DNA of 49,386 bases from Erysipelotrichaceae bacterium (GTDB lineage Bacteria; Bacillota; Clostridia; Oscillospirales; CAG-272), in NCBI GenBank assembly GCA_963609805.1, contig CAVDLN010000003.1:1-49386 (forward strand), given 5' to 3'. Made by a program: the position numbers and the translations under genes. Positions 25,825 through 35,450 of this stretch are shown in pieces. Every line of letters starts with the position of its first letter. The stretch's first letter is position 1. Under the pieces are notes generated by a model. The model saw only the letters and a list, made by a program, of their open reading frames with translations, ran no database searches and was not told the origin of the DNA.

Positions 25825-28800
25825 TTATTCCTGCTTCCGCAGCCGCTTTTCCATGGCTGCCACACCCGCTTCCGCCTGACGGCAGCCCAGTCTCAGCGCG
25901 CGCCGATAGCAGGTGACGGCACTGCGCGGGTCGGGGGCATCCATGCCGATGCCGCGTTCATAGCATTCGGCAAGCAGGTATGCCGCCTGCCCATGGTATC
26001 TGGATGCGCGCAGCAGCCAGGATACGCCTTCCCGTTCGTTTGCCGGACAGCCGACGCCGTGTACGAGACACCAGCCGAGACTGTACTGCGCCCACAGCGC
26101 ACCCCGGCAGAGCGGTTCACCCCGCCCCGGGGTAAAGGAGGCTGCCTGCCTGTAGCAGAGAACAGCCGATGCGCGGTCGGCAGGCATGTGCAGCCCGCCG
26201 AACAGGCATTCTCCCAGATAGTACATGGCATCCGCGTCCATGCGCGGCGTAACGGCGGCGCGGACATAGGCCGTATCCTCCGTCTCCGCACCCGCCGCGG
26301 CTGCTGCCGCTGTCATATCCTCCGCATACCGGAAGGGCTCCGGTGCGGGGGACAGAACGGCGTAGTATTCCCGCATCCATGCGGCGGGATCGCTTTTTGA
26401 AAAACTTTTTCTGTGCTCCGCAAGGGCGCGCGCCAGTCTGACGCCTTCCTCTTTCCTGTTCCTGCCGCCTGCCTCGCGCAGTCCCTGCCATATCTCCTCT
26501 ATGGAGCGGCGGCTGCTTTCCGCTTTGTCCGTTTCCCGCGCCAGCATCCGCGCAAAGTCTGCCCGCGCGGCAGGCTGCCCCGCCAGCACCGCACGGCACA
26601 GCCAGACAAACGGGCGGTCGTCGGAACTTTCCCCGACGGTTTCCGGATTCGAGGTTTCCAGCAGCGCCAGACGGTACATCGCCTCGCCGCGTATCCTGTC
26701 GTGCGGATTTTCTCCCGACGGGGTTTTTTCCGTCGGAAGCAGGGTTTCCGTGTCGGCATACGGCTTTGCGTAAACGGCCAGACGGTACAGATCCGCCGCG
26801 CGGCGGCACCTGTCCGTATTCCGCACGGCCGCCGTGTCCGTCGTTGCGTCTGCATACAGGGCCTTTTCCGTGCCCGTAAGGGTCAGATCTCCCAGCCACA
26901 GGCAGACGATGCCGTCATAACGATTGCCGAAACGGCGGCGTACCGCTCTCAGCAGCGTTTCGGCTGCGGATGGATTTTTCACCGTACCGATTCCCCGGTA
27001 TGCACATTCCGCCATCAGAATAAACGCCTCGGCGCTGCCGCCTCCGACGGCTGCCGACAGATACGAAATGCCCCTCCGATTCCATGCATCCGCGCCCGAC
27101 TCGCCGCCGCACGCGTCGGCCCGACGGAAACAGTCCTGCGCCAGCCGCAGCTGTGCCTCGGCGCGGGCCGCGGATTCTCCGGTCTCGGATGTCGGCGGAC
27201 AATGCAGCGCACGGCGGTACCAGACAACGGCGGCATCCGCCGCGTCTGCTGCGTGCGGGGCTTCTTTTCCTGCCGCACACAGCCGACCAAGCGTAAGGCA
27301 TGCCTTACTGCTGCCGAGACGGGCGGCGCGCGTCAGAAGCTCCGATGCCGACTCTCCCGTATGCGGGACCCCGTCCGTGCCGCTGCTTCCGATGCCTGTC
27401 AGCCGGCAGAACGCCAGCCTGCAGAGTGCCTCGGCCGTTGCCTCCGCCACGGTGAGCGCCGCGGTGGGGAGATCCGGCGGGGCGGCGGAGCTGTCGGATT
27501 CCGTGCCGATTCCGTCCGATTCTTCCGGTTTGATTTCGCTGTGGCGCGGTGCCCCCGGGGCATTTTCCGCCTGACCGCTCTCCGTTTCCGCTGCCCTATC
27601 GGCTGCAGCCGCCGCGGCAGGCTCGTGTGGACCGGCCTTTTCGGGAAGGATATCCGTCATACCGCCGTACAGCTCCTCCGCCGTACCCGATGAGGGGACG
27701 GATTCCCATGGCGCGCTGATATCCGCATCCGCGGCGGATGCCGCAACGGCGGAAAAGTAGCGGACGGCCTCCTCCGGCTTCCGGACAGCGCCCCTGCCCT
27801 CCAGCAGGCACAGCCCGGTTTCCAAAGCTCCCTGCACGCAGTCCGCCGCGGATGCGGCAAACCATGAAAAGGCCCGCCTGCTGTCCCGGCTGACGCCTCT
27901 CCCGTCCCGACAGCAGAGTCCGATGGCATAGGATGCCTCCGACACGCCGCCCTGCGCCGCCTGCTCGTACAGCTGTGCCGCCCGCGCGTACTGCGTCGGG
28001 ACGGAGAGCCCGCGGTCATAGCAGAGTCCCAGACGGTACATGGCATAGGGAAGGCCGCCCTGCGCCGCCTGCCCGTACAGGGCGAACGCCCGCGCGATGT
28101 CCCGGCGGATGCCGGTTCCGTGCTCAAAGCACAGACCCAGCCGGCAGGCCGCCTCGGGTATACCTGCCTGCGCTGCCTGCCGATAGCATTCCACGGCACT
28201 GCTCAGGTTCTGCCTGACGCCGATGCCCCGCTCATAGCAGCTTCCGAGGTTGTTCTGCGCCGGGGCGTACTCCTTTTCTGCCGCCTCGGCATAGAGGTGT
28301 GCCGCTTCGGCGGCATCCTGCCTTGTATACAGGCCCTTCTCACAGCATACGCCGAGGCGGAACTGCGCCTCGGGATTCCCGAGCTGTGCGGCAATGCGGT
28401 AGAGCCGCACGGCTTCCTTTCCGTCCCGCAGCACGCCCAGCCCCAGACGGCAGCATTCCGCCAGACGCAGCACGGCATCACCGTACCCGCGCTCCGCTGC
28501 AAGGCGGTACCAGTACAGCGCGTGCAGCGGCAGAGGCCGGCAGCCCGCGGCGGGAAATCCGCTCTCCAGCATACGGCCCAGCTCATACGCGGCGGCAGAC
28601 GGATCCCAATCGATCCGGCCGCCTGCTCTGCGTTCGGTCGGGATATCCGTCAGAACGGCATTCAGATGCCTGCTGTCGGAAATTCCGATCCGGCGATAGC
28701 GGCATTTCGCCATGCAGTTCCGAAGACGGCGGCGCGAATCGTCATCCGTTTCGCCGCATGCCGTGAGGCCGTCGCCATTCGGACGGCTCCCGCCGGAGGG

Positions 28801-29940
28801 ACGCAGAATTTCCGCAAAATTGTCCTCCCGCATTTTCCGCATGGAAACCATACGGCGCAGGCGTCCGTCGCGGGGAGGCGTGCCCTTTGCACGGGCGGGA
28901 CGAGGCTCAACCGGACGGATAACCTCTCCCGGCTTCTGCGGGGGAGGCGCGCCGATTCCCGTATCCGGAGGGCGGTAGCCGGTCAGATCGGCGCAGGCGG
29001 CGTACAGATCGAAGGCGGCGCCGTACCATTCCGAGGAAGTTGACGCGGCGTCCCGGCGGAGCAGCCCCAGCTGGCAGCGGGCGGGAAGAGACCCCTTGTT
29101 TGCCGCGCGGGTAAAGGCTTCCTCCGCAGCCTGCGGATCACGCATCATGCCGATGCCTTCCATAGCGCAGCGGCCGATTTGATAGACTCCGCGGATGTCG
29201 CCCGCGTCGGCGGCGCGGCGGAACAGCGCCAGAGCTTCGGCGGGGTCACGCCGGACGGCACCGCCGGAAATTTTTCGGTCGGCCAGCCGCAGCATGGAAT
29301 CCGGCAGACCCAGCGCGGTGCCCTGCTCCAGCCAGAAAATTTCCTCGCTTTCCAGCCGCGGAACGATTTCGCCTGTGCGGTAGGCATCCGCCAGAGAACC
29401 GACCGCCTGTACGGCGGCGGCATACTCCTCCCGACGCTCGAATTTTTCCCCGCCGCACACACGGTGTGCCAGGACGGCCTGCCTTATCAGCTGTCCGTAT
29501 GCGTTGTCTACGCAGCGTACGGCGGAAAAAGCCCCCGTGCAGCGGCACAGCCGGTTGAGATACAGCCGATGGATGTAGTATGCCGTGCGGGTGCGGTCAG
29601 GCGCGCCTTCCCCCGGAAAAGCAATAAGTTCTGCAGTGCTTCCGCGATCGGAGCAGAAGCGGTCATCCAGTGCGTTTTCCGCCAGACTGACGCACAGAAC
29701 CCGATGCCCACGCCGCAGGAGCAACCGTATGTCCGCCGCGCAGACTCCGCCCGAGGCGGCAGCCGGGGAGGTCAGCACGACGACGGCCTCGGCGGAAAGC
29801 AGGAGCTTCTCTCTCTCCTGCCGCGGAACGGATTCGTCCGGCGCTTCGTATCGGAACCCGTATCGGGTCAACTCACTCAGAAAACACCGCACCGTCTCGG
29901 CATCGGCATCGGCATGGCTGACGCAGATATAAGGACGCAT
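25825..29940 (-). CDS. Giant cytoplasmic protein with a TIR-like N-terminal domain followed by multiple blocks of Sel1-like repeats
   Basis: The ATG at 29940 follows GGAGG. The N-terminus is MRPYICVSHADADAETVRCFLSELTRYGFRYEA...AVVVLTSPAAASGGVCAADIR. The body has many A..LY..AA..G...A...LG.C/Y repeats. There is no signal peptide or TM segment. The stop is 19 nt before the gpsA start. Confidence 0.7.
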   Translation of the reverse strand: MRPYICVSHADADAETVRCFLSELTRYGFRYEAPDESVPRQEREKLLLSAEAVVVLTSPAAASGGVCAADIRLLLRRGHRVLCVSLAENALDDRFCSDRGSTAELIAFPGEGAPDRTRTAYYIHRLYLNRLCRCTGAFSAVRCVDNAYGQLIRQAVLAHRVCGGEKFERREEYAAAVQAVGSLADAYRTGEIVPRLESEEIFWLEQGTALGLPDSMLRLADRKISGGAVRRDPAEALALFRRAADAGDIRGVYQIGRCAMEGIGMMRDPQAAEEAFTRAANKGSLPARCQLGLLRRDAASTSSEWYGAAFDLYAACADLTGYRPPDTGIGAPPPQKPGEVIRPVEPRPARAKGTPPRDGRLRRMVSMRKMREDNFAEILRPSGGSRPNGDGLTACGETDDDSRRRLRNCMAKCRYRRIGISDSRHLNAVLTDIPTERRAGGRIDWDPSAAAYELGRMLESGFPAAGCRPLPLHALYWYRLAAERGYGDAVLRLAECCRLGLGVLRDGKEAVRLYRIAAQLGNPEAQFRLGVCCEKGLYTRQDAAEAAHLYAEAAEKEYAPAQNNLGSCYERGIGVRQNLSSAVECYRQAAQAGIPEAACRLGLCFEHGTGIRRDIARAFALYGQAAQGGLPYAMYRLGLCYDRGLSVPTQYARAAQLYEQAAQGGVSEASYAIGLCCRDGRGVSRDSRRAFSWFAASAADCVQGALETGLCLLEGRGAVRKPEEAVRYFSAVAASAADADISAPWESVPSSGTAEELYGGMTDILPEKAGPHEPAAAAAADRAAETESGQAENAPGAPRHSEIKPEESDGIGTESDSSAAPPDLPTAALTVAEATAEALCRLAFCRLTGIGSSGTDGVPHTGESASELLTRAARLGSSKACLTLGRLCAAGKEAPHAADAADAAVVWYRRALHCPPTSETGESAARAEAQLRLAQDCFRRADACGGESGADAWNRRGISYLSAAVGGGSAEAFILMAECAYRGIGTVKNPSAAETLLRAVRRRFGNRYDGIVCLWLGDLTLTGTEKALYADATTDTAAVRNTDRCRRAADLYRLAVYAKPYADTETLLPTEKTPSGENPHDRIRGEAMYRLALLETSNPETVGESSDDRPFVWLCRAVLAGQPAARADFARMLARETDKAESSRRSIEEIWQGLREAGGRNRKEEGVRLARALAEHRKSFSKSDPAAWMREYYAVLSPAPEPFRYAEDMTAAAAAAGAETEDTAYVRAAVTPRMDADAMYYLGECLFGGLHMPADRASAVLCYRQAASFTPGRGEPLCRGALWAQYSLGWCLVHGVGCPANEREGVSWLLRASRYHGQAAYLLAECYERGIGMDAPDPRSAVTCYRRALRLGCRQAEAGVAAMEKRLRKQE

Positions 29941-30166
29941 GGGACTCCTCCTTCCGGGGCGGATGTCGGGATCGGGAAATAAAAAGCCGCCCGTCACCGA
30001 AAATTTACCGAAAAGGTCTTTTCAAATCCGCCGATTTGTATTATAATAGGGGCAACAGAAAATATACTCATATTATACTCCCGGGATGGCCGGAATTCAA
30101 GTACATTTTGTATATTCTGCGCCGCGCGTCGGATTTTCCGTGCGGCCGGGCGAAAGGACGGATGGT

Positions 30167-30766
30167 ATGAAGAATAAATACGCACTGACGATTGCGGACA
30201 TCCAGCTGGATGTTCTGTCGGAGGCACCGCGGGAAGAGGTGGACAGGATTTCCGGCATCGTGGACCGCAAGATGCGCGAGATCTACCTGCACAGCCGCAG
30301 CTGCACCCGCAATGAGGCGGCACTGCTGTGCGCACTGGAGTTCTGCGCCGAGAGGCTGGAAAATCAGAGCCGCCTTTCCGAGCTGGAGCAGCTTGCCGAA
30401 AAGTACGACGAGGTGCTGAAGGTGTTCCGTGACAAGAACCATGAGCTGAACGATGAGGTAAGCAAGCTGCGCAGCGAGAACGAGCTGCTCAGATCCCTGC
30501 TGACGGATAAGGACCGCGACGGCGGCGCAAAGGACGAGGCTGCGCCCGTACAGGCTCCCGCCGCCAATCCGGTATCCGCCAAGGAATTCCTGCGTCAGGT
30601 CGCGGACGCGCAGTACACGGACGGCGGGGACAGGAAAGAGGAAGAGGAAAAGGAAAAGAAGAAGCCGTCGGCACAGCCCGAAGCGGCCGCAGCCGGCGAG
30701 ACCGCACCCCGCGAGCGGCGCAGGACGGGCGGCATGTTCGATCTGCTCTCCTTTGACGATGTCTGA
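30167..30766 (+). CDS. zapA: Cell division protein ZapA with a long low-complexity tail
   Basis: MKNKYALTIADIQLDVLSEAPREEVDRISGIVDRKMREI gives a ZapA-like N-terminus and coiled coil. It sits upstream of a U32 peptidase, as in many Clostridia. Confidence 0.75.
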   Translation: MKNKYALTIADIQLDVLSEAPREEVDRISGIVDRKMREIYLHSRSCTRNEAALLCALEFCAERLENQSRLSELEQLAEKYDEVLKVFRDKNHELNDEVSKLRSENELLRSLLTDKDRDGGAKDEAAPVQAPAANPVSAKEFLRQVADAQYTDGGDRKEEEEKEKKKPSAQPEAAAAGETAPRERRRTGGMFDLLSFDDV

Positions 30767-32996
30767 TTCGGCGGGGAAGCACCTGCCGGAGCTGCTTGCT
30801 CCGGCAGGATCTCCGAAGGCACTTGAGGCGGCATTCTGCGCAGGGGCGGATGCCGTATATCTGGGCGGCACGGCGTTTAACGCTCGCATGAGCGCACGCA
30901 ACTTTGACAGTACCGAGCTGCGGGAAGCGGCGGCGTATGCCCACAGGCAGGGCGGACGGGTGTATCTCACGCTCAACACACTGGTCTATGACCGTGAGAT
31001 GACCGATGCGGTGCGGGCCGCGTACGATGCCGCCGAGGCAGGTGCGGACGGGCTGATTATCGCGGATTTGGGCGCGGCTGCCTGTATCCGCCGTGCGCTG
31101 CCGGAACTTCCCCTGCACGCCAGCACACAGCTTTCGGGACACAATGCTGCCATGGGACGGGCACTTGCCTCCCATGGCTTTTCCCGCTTTGTCATAGCGC
31201 GGGAAACACGCCTGTGCGATCTTGCATCGGCTGTGGCGGGCAGTCCGCTGGAGGTTGAGGTGTTTGTGCACGGCGCTCTGTGCGTATGCCATTCCGGGCA
31301 ATGCCTGTTTTCCTCCATGGTCGGGGGAAGATCCGGAAACCGGGGGGAGTGCGCCCAGCCCTGCCGCCTGCCGTATCGGGATGTGCGCGGGCGGGAGTGC
31401 TACCCGCTTTCCCTGAAGGATCTGACGCTTGCCGCCCACATTCCGGAGCTTGTCGGGGCGGGCGCGGCATCGCTTAAAATAGAGGGACGCATGAAAAGCC
31501 CGGCCTATGTGGGGGGTGTTACCGGTATATTCCGACGCCTGCTGGACGAGAACCGGGCTGCCGACCGTGAGGAGATCGGCTTCCTTGCCGAGCTGTTCTC
31601 ACGCGGCGGATTCACGGACGGGTATTTTACCGGGCACATCGGCCACGGTATGACAGGCGTGCGGTCCGAGGCGGACAAGGAACGCTCGGCGGCCGCCGAG
31701 AAAAAGGCAGCCGCCGCTCTGAACCCGGCGCGCATTCCGGGACGGCTTCCCGTCAGCGCAAAACTGGTTCTGCGCGAGGGACAGCCTGCCGCTCTGACGC
31801 TGACGGCTCCGCTGTTCCGACAGGGGAAGGATGCGGTTTCCGTGACGGCGGACGGCGACATCCCCGCGAAAACCGGCAATTCGGATACCCTGACGGCGGA
31901 GGGAGCCGAACGGCAGCTGTCCCGCACGGGCGGAACACCCTACCGCCTGACGGAGGGGGGCTGCGAGGTCGATTCCCCGGAGGGACTGACACTCACGCCC
32001 GCGCAGATCAATGCGCTGCGGCGCACGGCACTGGACGCACTGACCGACGCGCGCCTTGCCGGTATGCCCGATGCGGCGGCGGGGAGTCTGCCGCAGGAGG
32101 CGCTGCCGCGGATTCTGCCTTTGATTGCAAAAGAGTCGGGGGACTCCGCAGCGGCAGCCGTGAGGCCGGTTTCCTATACGGCCAATTTTGAAAGCCGGGA
32201 GCAGATTACGGCTGAGGCGGAGAGATTTTTCTCTGTCTGCTTCCTTCCGCTTGAGAAACGGAGAAATTCCGGGTCGGCTTTCGGTGCTGCCCTGCCGCCG
32301 GTCATACCGGACCGGGAGTCCGCATGCGTGCGGAAGGCGTTGGTTGATGCCCTGCGGAGCGGCGTGAGAGATCTGCAGATCGGAAATCCGGGGCACTGGG
32401 AGCTGGTGCGGGATGCGCTGGCGGAGGCGGGATTGCCGGAAACCGAAGATGTCCGCCTGTACGGCGGTCTGCGCCTGAATGTGACAAACCTTGCGGCGGC
32501 GCGGGAACAGGAAAAAATATGCAGTGAAATTACGGGACTTCCGCTGCGGGGCGTGATTCTGTCGCCGGAGCTGACTCTGCCGCGGCTGCGGGATCTGAGT
32601 CGGAACATGCCGTCGGCGTCCGCGATTGTGTACGGACGGATTCCGCTCATGCTGCTGGAAAAGTGCGTTATTCGCGAGCTGTATCCGGGTTCCGCCGATC
32701 CGCTCCTGCCGGACGGGTGCGCGGGCGCTGCCTGTTCCGCCTGCCGCCGGGGGGAGGCGGTTCTGCGTGATCGCACCGGGGCACAGTTTCCCGTGCTCCG
32801 CTGTGCGGGGCACCGCAATCAGGTGTTCAACAGCCTGCCGGTATCCATGACGGACCGGGAGGATGTGCTCCTGCACAGCGGCATCCTGCGGCGGCATTTC
32901 CTATTCACCGTGGAATCCCCCGCGGAGGTGGACGGCGTGATTGCCGCCATGCAGGAGGGAGGACCGGTCGGGAAGGAAGTACGACGCGTGAGATAG
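30759..32996 (+). CDS. Peptidase U32 family protein (long form)
   Basis: U32 signature EVFVHGALCVCHSGQCLFS. The start is ATG 30759 or TTG 30753, overlapping the zapA stop. Confidence 0.85.
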   Translation: MSDSAGKHLPELLAPAGSPKALEAAFCAGADAVYLGGTAFNARMSARNFDSTELREAAAYAHRQGGRVYLTLNTLVYDREMTDAVRAAYDAAEAGADGLIIADLGAAACIRRALPELPLHASTQLSGHNAAMGRALASHGFSRFVIARETRLCDLASAVAGSPLEVEVFVHGALCVCHSGQCLFSSMVGGRSGNRGECAQPCRLPYRDVRGRECYPLSLKDLTLAAHIPELVGAGAASLKIEGRMKSPAYVGGVTGIFRRLLDENRAADREEIGFLAELFSRGGFTDGYFTGHIGHGMTGVRSEADKERSAAAEKKAAAALNPARIPGRLPVSAKLVLREGQPAALTLTAPLFRQGKDAVSVTADGDIPAKTGNSDTLTAEGAERQLSRTGGTPYRLTEGGCEVDSPEGLTLTPAQINALRRTALDALTDARLAGMPDAAAGSLPQEALPRILPLIAKESGDSAAAAVRPVSYTANFESREQITAEAERFFSVCFLPLEKRRNSGSAFGAALPPVIPDRESACVRKALVDALRSGVRDLQIGNPGHWELVRDALAEAGLPETEDVRLYGGLRLNVTNLAAAREQEKICSEITGLPLRGVILSPELTLPRLRDLSRNMPSASAIVYGRIPLMLLEKCVIRELYPGSADPLLPDGCAGAACSACRRGEAVLRDRTGAQFPVLRCAGHRNQVFNSLPVSMTDREDVLLHSGILRRHFLFTVESPAEVDGVIAAMQEGGPVGKEVRRVR

Positions 32997-33049
32997 CGCA
33001 CGGCGGATAACGATAACAAAATGTGATATGGAAAGGGATGTGACGGAGC

Positions 33050-34189
33050 ATGAAAATTCTGCTCACAGGCGGCGGAACGGCCGGACACGTCAATCCGGCG
33101 CTCGCGATTGCCGACGCAATGAGGGAGCGGGACCCGGAGACGCAGTGTTTGTTTGCCGCATCGGATATGCCGCGCGACAAGGCGAATGATCTGATCCCGC
33201 GTGCGGGGTATGAGCTGCGCCATGTCCATATCCGGGGCATGAGGAGGCCTGTCGTGCACCCCGCCAATTTCGCTCTGCCTTTTATCATGTTGCGCTCACG
33301 CGCACAGGCGCGGAGGCTGATACGGGAATTTTCTCCCGATCTGATTGTCGGGACGGGCGGATTTGCCTGCTGGCCGGTTGTGGCGGAGGGGGCGGCAGCG
33401 GGTATTCCGACTGCCGTTCACGAGTCCAACGCGCTGCCCGGAAAGGCAATCCTGCAGTTGCGGCACAGGGTGGATCGGATATTTGTCAATTTTCCCGAAA
33501 CGGCCGACAGGCTCGGACTGTCGGAGGGGGAAAAGGACAAGGTAATCCGCGTCGGAAACCCCGTCATGACGGGGTTTCGCGCAGTGTCCCGCGAGGAGGC
33601 ACGGCGGCAGCTGGGCATAGCGGAGGACACGGTATCCGTGCTGGCTTTCGGCGGCAGTCTCGGGGCGAGCCGTCTCAACGATGCGCTGACGGATCTGGCG
33701 GACGTGATTGCGCGGGAATTCCCGCATGTCCGGCTGACATTTGCCGCGGGGAAACGGGATTACGAGCGCACGGCGGAAAGACTGAAGGCCGGTGCCGCCG
33801 CAGGCTGTCCCCGCATCCGCCTGCTGGACTATATTTACGATATGCCGGTACGGATGGCGGCGGCCGATCTGGTCGTGTCCCGCGCGGGTGCCATGACGGT
33901 ATCCGAGCTCTCCCTGCTCGGCAGGGCGGCGGTGCTGGTTCCGTCCCCGTATGTGGCGGACAACCATCAGTTCCGCAATGCGCAGGCATTGGTGCGGGCG
34001 GGAGCAGGCGTGTGCGTCGCCGAGGACGGACTGCCGGACGGGGCGTTGACGCAGGCCGTTCTGCCGCTGCTTGAGCGGCCGTCGGAGCGCGATGCCATGG
34101 GTCGGCGTCTGCAGGCCGAATTCGCCTGCCCGGACGCCAACGAAAAAATCTGCGGGGAACTGCTGCGTCTTTTGCGGAAGCATCGGTGA
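33050..34189 (+). CDS. murG: UDP-N-acetylglucosamine--N-acetylmuramyl-(pentapeptide) pyrophosphoryl-undecaprenol GlcNAc transferase
   Basis: MKILLTGGGTAGHVNPALAIA N-terminus. Position is next to ftsQ and ftsZ. Confidence 0.9.
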   Translation: MKILLTGGGTAGHVNPALAIADAMRERDPETQCLFAASDMPRDKANDLIPRAGYELRHVHIRGMRRPVVHPANFALPFIMLRSRAQARRLIREFSPDLIVGTGGFACWPVVAEGAAAGIPTAVHESNALPGKAILQLRHRVDRIFVNFPETADRLGLSEGEKDKVIRVGNPVMTGFRAVSREEARRQLGIAEDTVSVLAFGGSLGASRLNDALTDLADVIAREFPHVRLTFAAGKRDYERTAERLKAGAAAGCPRIRLLDYIYDMPVRMAAADLVVSRAGAMTVSELSLLGRAAVLVPSPYVADNHQFRNAQALVRAGAGVCVAEDGLPDGALTQAVLPLLERPSERDAMGRRLQAEFACPDANEKICGELLRLLRKHR

Positions 34190-34232
34190 CGCGCTGCCCG
34201 AACGGGAGAAGAAGAGGGGAGGAAAAGAAAAA

Positions 34233-35258
34233 ATGGCTGCTGCGACATGGATACGGGAGCAATCGGAGCGGGTCGGCCGTGCGGTGCATGCGGCACTGGG
34301 GAAGATCCGGGGAAAATTCTCCGCGAAGCGCACGCAGAAGGCTGTGCGCCTGCGCGGGTTCAATGAGAAATTCCGCAGGAAGGAATATTTCGGTACGGAC
34401 ATTCCGCTGAAGAAAAGGTTCCGCGGACGACGGTGGCTGTACTGGACGGGGGCGGCGCTGCTTGCCGCACTGATTCTGTCCTCCGCGGTGCTCGGCGTGT
34501 CCTCCACGTGGCTTGTGGCGGATATCCGGGTGGAGGGAAACACGCGGTATCGGGCGGAAAATCTGCGGGAGGCTCTGGGCGTCGGAGCAGGGGACCGCAT
34601 GCTGGGCTTTTCTGCCTCCGACAGCGTAAGGAGCCTGCGGGAGCAGTTTCCGCTTCTGGCGTCCGCGTCCCTGCACAGGGCACTGGACGGAACGCTTACG
34701 CTGACGGTCAAAGAGGAGACAAGCCTGCTTTATACGGAGCACTACCAGAATTACTACCTGCTGTCTGCCGATACGCTGCGGGTCATAGCCGTGGAGTCGT
34801 CACCGGACGGCTGGAGTGACCTGTCCCCCGTGTATGTCGGCATGCCGGAGGAGGCACGGCTGCGCGTCGGCGAGACACTGTCGTTCGAATTTCTGCCGTA
34901 TCCGACAGAGGAGGAATCCGGCGATGTCGCCACCTATGAGGTGGATACGGACACGGCGAAGGAAGAGTTTGCCTATGTGGAAACGGTGCGCGCCGCCGTC
35001 ATGAGCTCCTCACTGGCAGGACGCGTCACGGGGCTTGAACTGAGCGACCGGTATGACCTGTGGTTTCTGCTGGACGGGAAAATCAAGGTGCGGCTGGGCA
35101 CTTCCGACAAACTGGCCGTAAAGCTGTCGCTGGCATATACGGTGCTGGCAAAGCAGGGCAATGTGACGGAAAAGGCCGTTCTGGATGTATCCGATCCGTC
35201 GGCCGTCACCTACAGAGAGGACCCGGATATGACCCTGCCGGACTGGGCAGGCGAGTGA
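34233..35258 (+). CDS. ftsQ: FtsQ/DivIB-type cell division protein
   Basis: Single TM segment followed by a POTRA-like VADIRVEGNTRYRAENLREALGV. Located between murG and ftsZ. The ATG at 34233 follows GGGGAGG. Confidence 0.75.
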   Translation: MAAATWIREQSERVGRAVHAALGKIRGKFSAKRTQKAVRLRGFNEKFRRKEYFGTDIPLKKRFRGRRWLYWTGAALLAALILSSAVLGVSSTWLVADIRVEGNTRYRAENLREALGVGAGDRMLGFSASDSVRSLREQFPLLASASLHRALDGTLTLTVKEETSLLYTEHYQNYYLLSADTLRVIAVESSPDGWSDLSPVYVGMPEEARLRVGETLSFEFLPYPTEEESGDVATYEVDTDTAKEEFAYVETVRAAVMSSSLAGRVTGLELSDRYDLWFLLDGKIKVRLGTSDKLAVKLSLAYTVLAKQGNVTEKAVLDVSDPSAVTYREDPDMTLPDWAGE

Positions 35259-35328
35259 CGCACGCGCCCGCGGGACACGGTTTTCAAAAGAACAAAATGT
35301 AAACATTTCATAAATTTTTCCAAAACTA

Positions 35329-35357
35329 TTGCTTTTTTTGGCAAAAAAAGTTATTAT
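35329..35357 (+). promoter_or_regulatory. Sigma-A-like promoter for ftsZ
   Basis: TTGCTT, 17-nt spacer, TATTAT. The spacer contains the palindrome ctttttttg-g-caaaaaaag. Confidence 0.5.
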
Positions 35358-35450
35358 ATAGGCATATACATATCCGGGCACAGCGGGAGTCATGCCGCCT
35401 GCGCTGCGGCATGCCCGAGAGAATAATCCGAGCAAGGGGAGGAACAACAT

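Noticed and set aside
24756-27693. 386-aa and 426-aa ORFs on the plus strand
   Set aside because: Antisense to gpsA and to the TIR-like/Sel1 gene; shadow frames with Arg-rich composition.
29941-29997. 19-codon N-terminal extension of the giant ORF
   Set aside because: The GGAGG sits inside the extension, directly upstream of the ATG at 29940, and the TIR-like first strand begins right after that ATG.
33296-34742. 471-aa and 355-aa ORFs on the minus strand
   Set aside because: Antisense to murG and ftsQ. They are extremely Arg/Pro/Ala-rich and have no motifs.
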